Assembly: GCA_051294905.1 (NCBI GenBank)
Contig: CM119371.1
Span: 4,590,001-4,654,000, forward strand
Direction: 5' to 3'
From: Botryllus schlosseri
Lineage: Eukaryota
Length of the DNA: 64,000 nt
How positions within the stretch are numbered: position 1 is the first letter of the stretch; every line of letters starts with the position of its first letter. The translations under genes were made by a program, and so were the position numbers. Shown piece by piece: positions 63,029-64,000 of this stretch. A model generated the notes under the pieces. That model did not search any database, was not told the origin of the DNA, and worked only from the letters and a program-made list of their open reading frames with translations.

Positions 63029-63560
63029 GTGAGTCGTCTTTGTTGACACTATAGAATCTGTGTTACTGATTCTATTTGTCACATTCACTAATGCCATTTT
63101 GTAAAGACTCTAGTGAAAACAAATGTGGCCAAGAACTTGCAAGTTGCCATTTCTACATGCTTTTTATAACTAGAGCTGAGTTGATTTTGGGATTTTGAGG
63201 CGATAACGATGAAACTGAAACCAAACACCTTCGCCGATAACCTCGATGTTTATTTAGATTAGGCCACATTTTCACAAATATAACAGCTTCACAGTCATTG
63301 CTATGCCTAGAACGGACATGAAATAAACTAGAAAGGCTGCATCTGGACACCTGTAAGATATAAGAAGTCTATTAATATTTCCAGTGTAGCAGTCGCACAG
63401 TATTTTGTGACCACGGTATGGCCACGCTGAAATTATATATATATTTGCTTCTCATGGACGATACCAGTCTATCTTCCAAAGTGTGATATCGATACGGTGT
63501 TGTTAGCAAACCTGATGGGCCTGGCAGTAGATGCGAGCATTAATTTAGCGTTCATTTTAG

Positions 63561-63694
63561 GCACTTCTTGTGAATAAGCATCATAAAGACGAAATGTGTC
63601 AAGAGACCAGTCTCCATCGCGGTTTGTTTGATTTTATGGATTTTTCAAACTCAAGAATTTCTTCCATATTGCTCTGTAGTTGTGCAAAAGAAGC
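63561..63694 (+). pseudogene. PLK1: PLK1-like exon E2 copy
   Basis: ttag|ALLVNKHHKDEMCQETSLHRGL../GFFKLKNFFHIAL*LCKRS|gtaaag. Confidence 0.85.
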
Positions 63695-64000
63695 GTAAAG
63701 CATTTCTTTGATACAGCTGTAATGTCTCTCAAACTGTTATGTTGGCAATTGCATCAACTCTGCCACGTCCATTACTAGCCGACTAGGACGACAAATTGAT
63801 ATAAAGTGAACTGATTTTTGGTGTCATTCTTTTTTAGAATTTAGTAATTCTAGTCTACTTTATAAAAAAATGATGTAGCCTTGATTCTAATTCCAAGCAC
63901 ACTCGGAAAAACACGAAAGTTATAATTCTGATCTAAATTGAAAAAACTTGTGTAGCTTTAATGCTACTTCTAATCCAATTTAGAAAAAAAACTGTAGATA

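Overview
AT-rich, repeat-dense animal (probably invertebrate) genomic DNA with spliceosomal introns; most short ORFs in the track are noise. Three layers are visible. (1) Two paralogous tandem C2H2 zinc-finger exons (8018-9274, open; 60605-62108, one frameshift and one late stop) with non-canonical H-A/T-G-I-K-N-H linkers, both cut off at the same point by a Tc2/pogo-like transposon end. (2) About 26 decayed, splice-site-flanked exon copies of a Polo-like kinase 1 (PLK1) gene, all on the + strand from 11.3 kb to the window end. The kinase-domain exons occur up to six times each in scrambled head-to-tail blocks, the polo-box exons once, and a PLK1 N-terminal exon follows each zinc-finger exon, suggesting a duplicated ZNF+PLK1 cassette. 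Exon labels E1-E9/last are my working numbering. (3) Deeply nested transposons, many with readable TIRs and TSDs: hAT MITEs, an ISL2EU/Harbinger-type element, a CACTA/EnSpm-like element, a MULE-like element, a young 5'-truncated Penelope-like element with a variant minimal hammerhead ribozyme, Gypsy and L1/Tx1 fragments and tRNA-derived SINEs. There is also a spliced THAP-domain pseudogene on the - strand. All calls come from reading and hand-translation; no database searches were run, and some boundaries may be off by a few bases.
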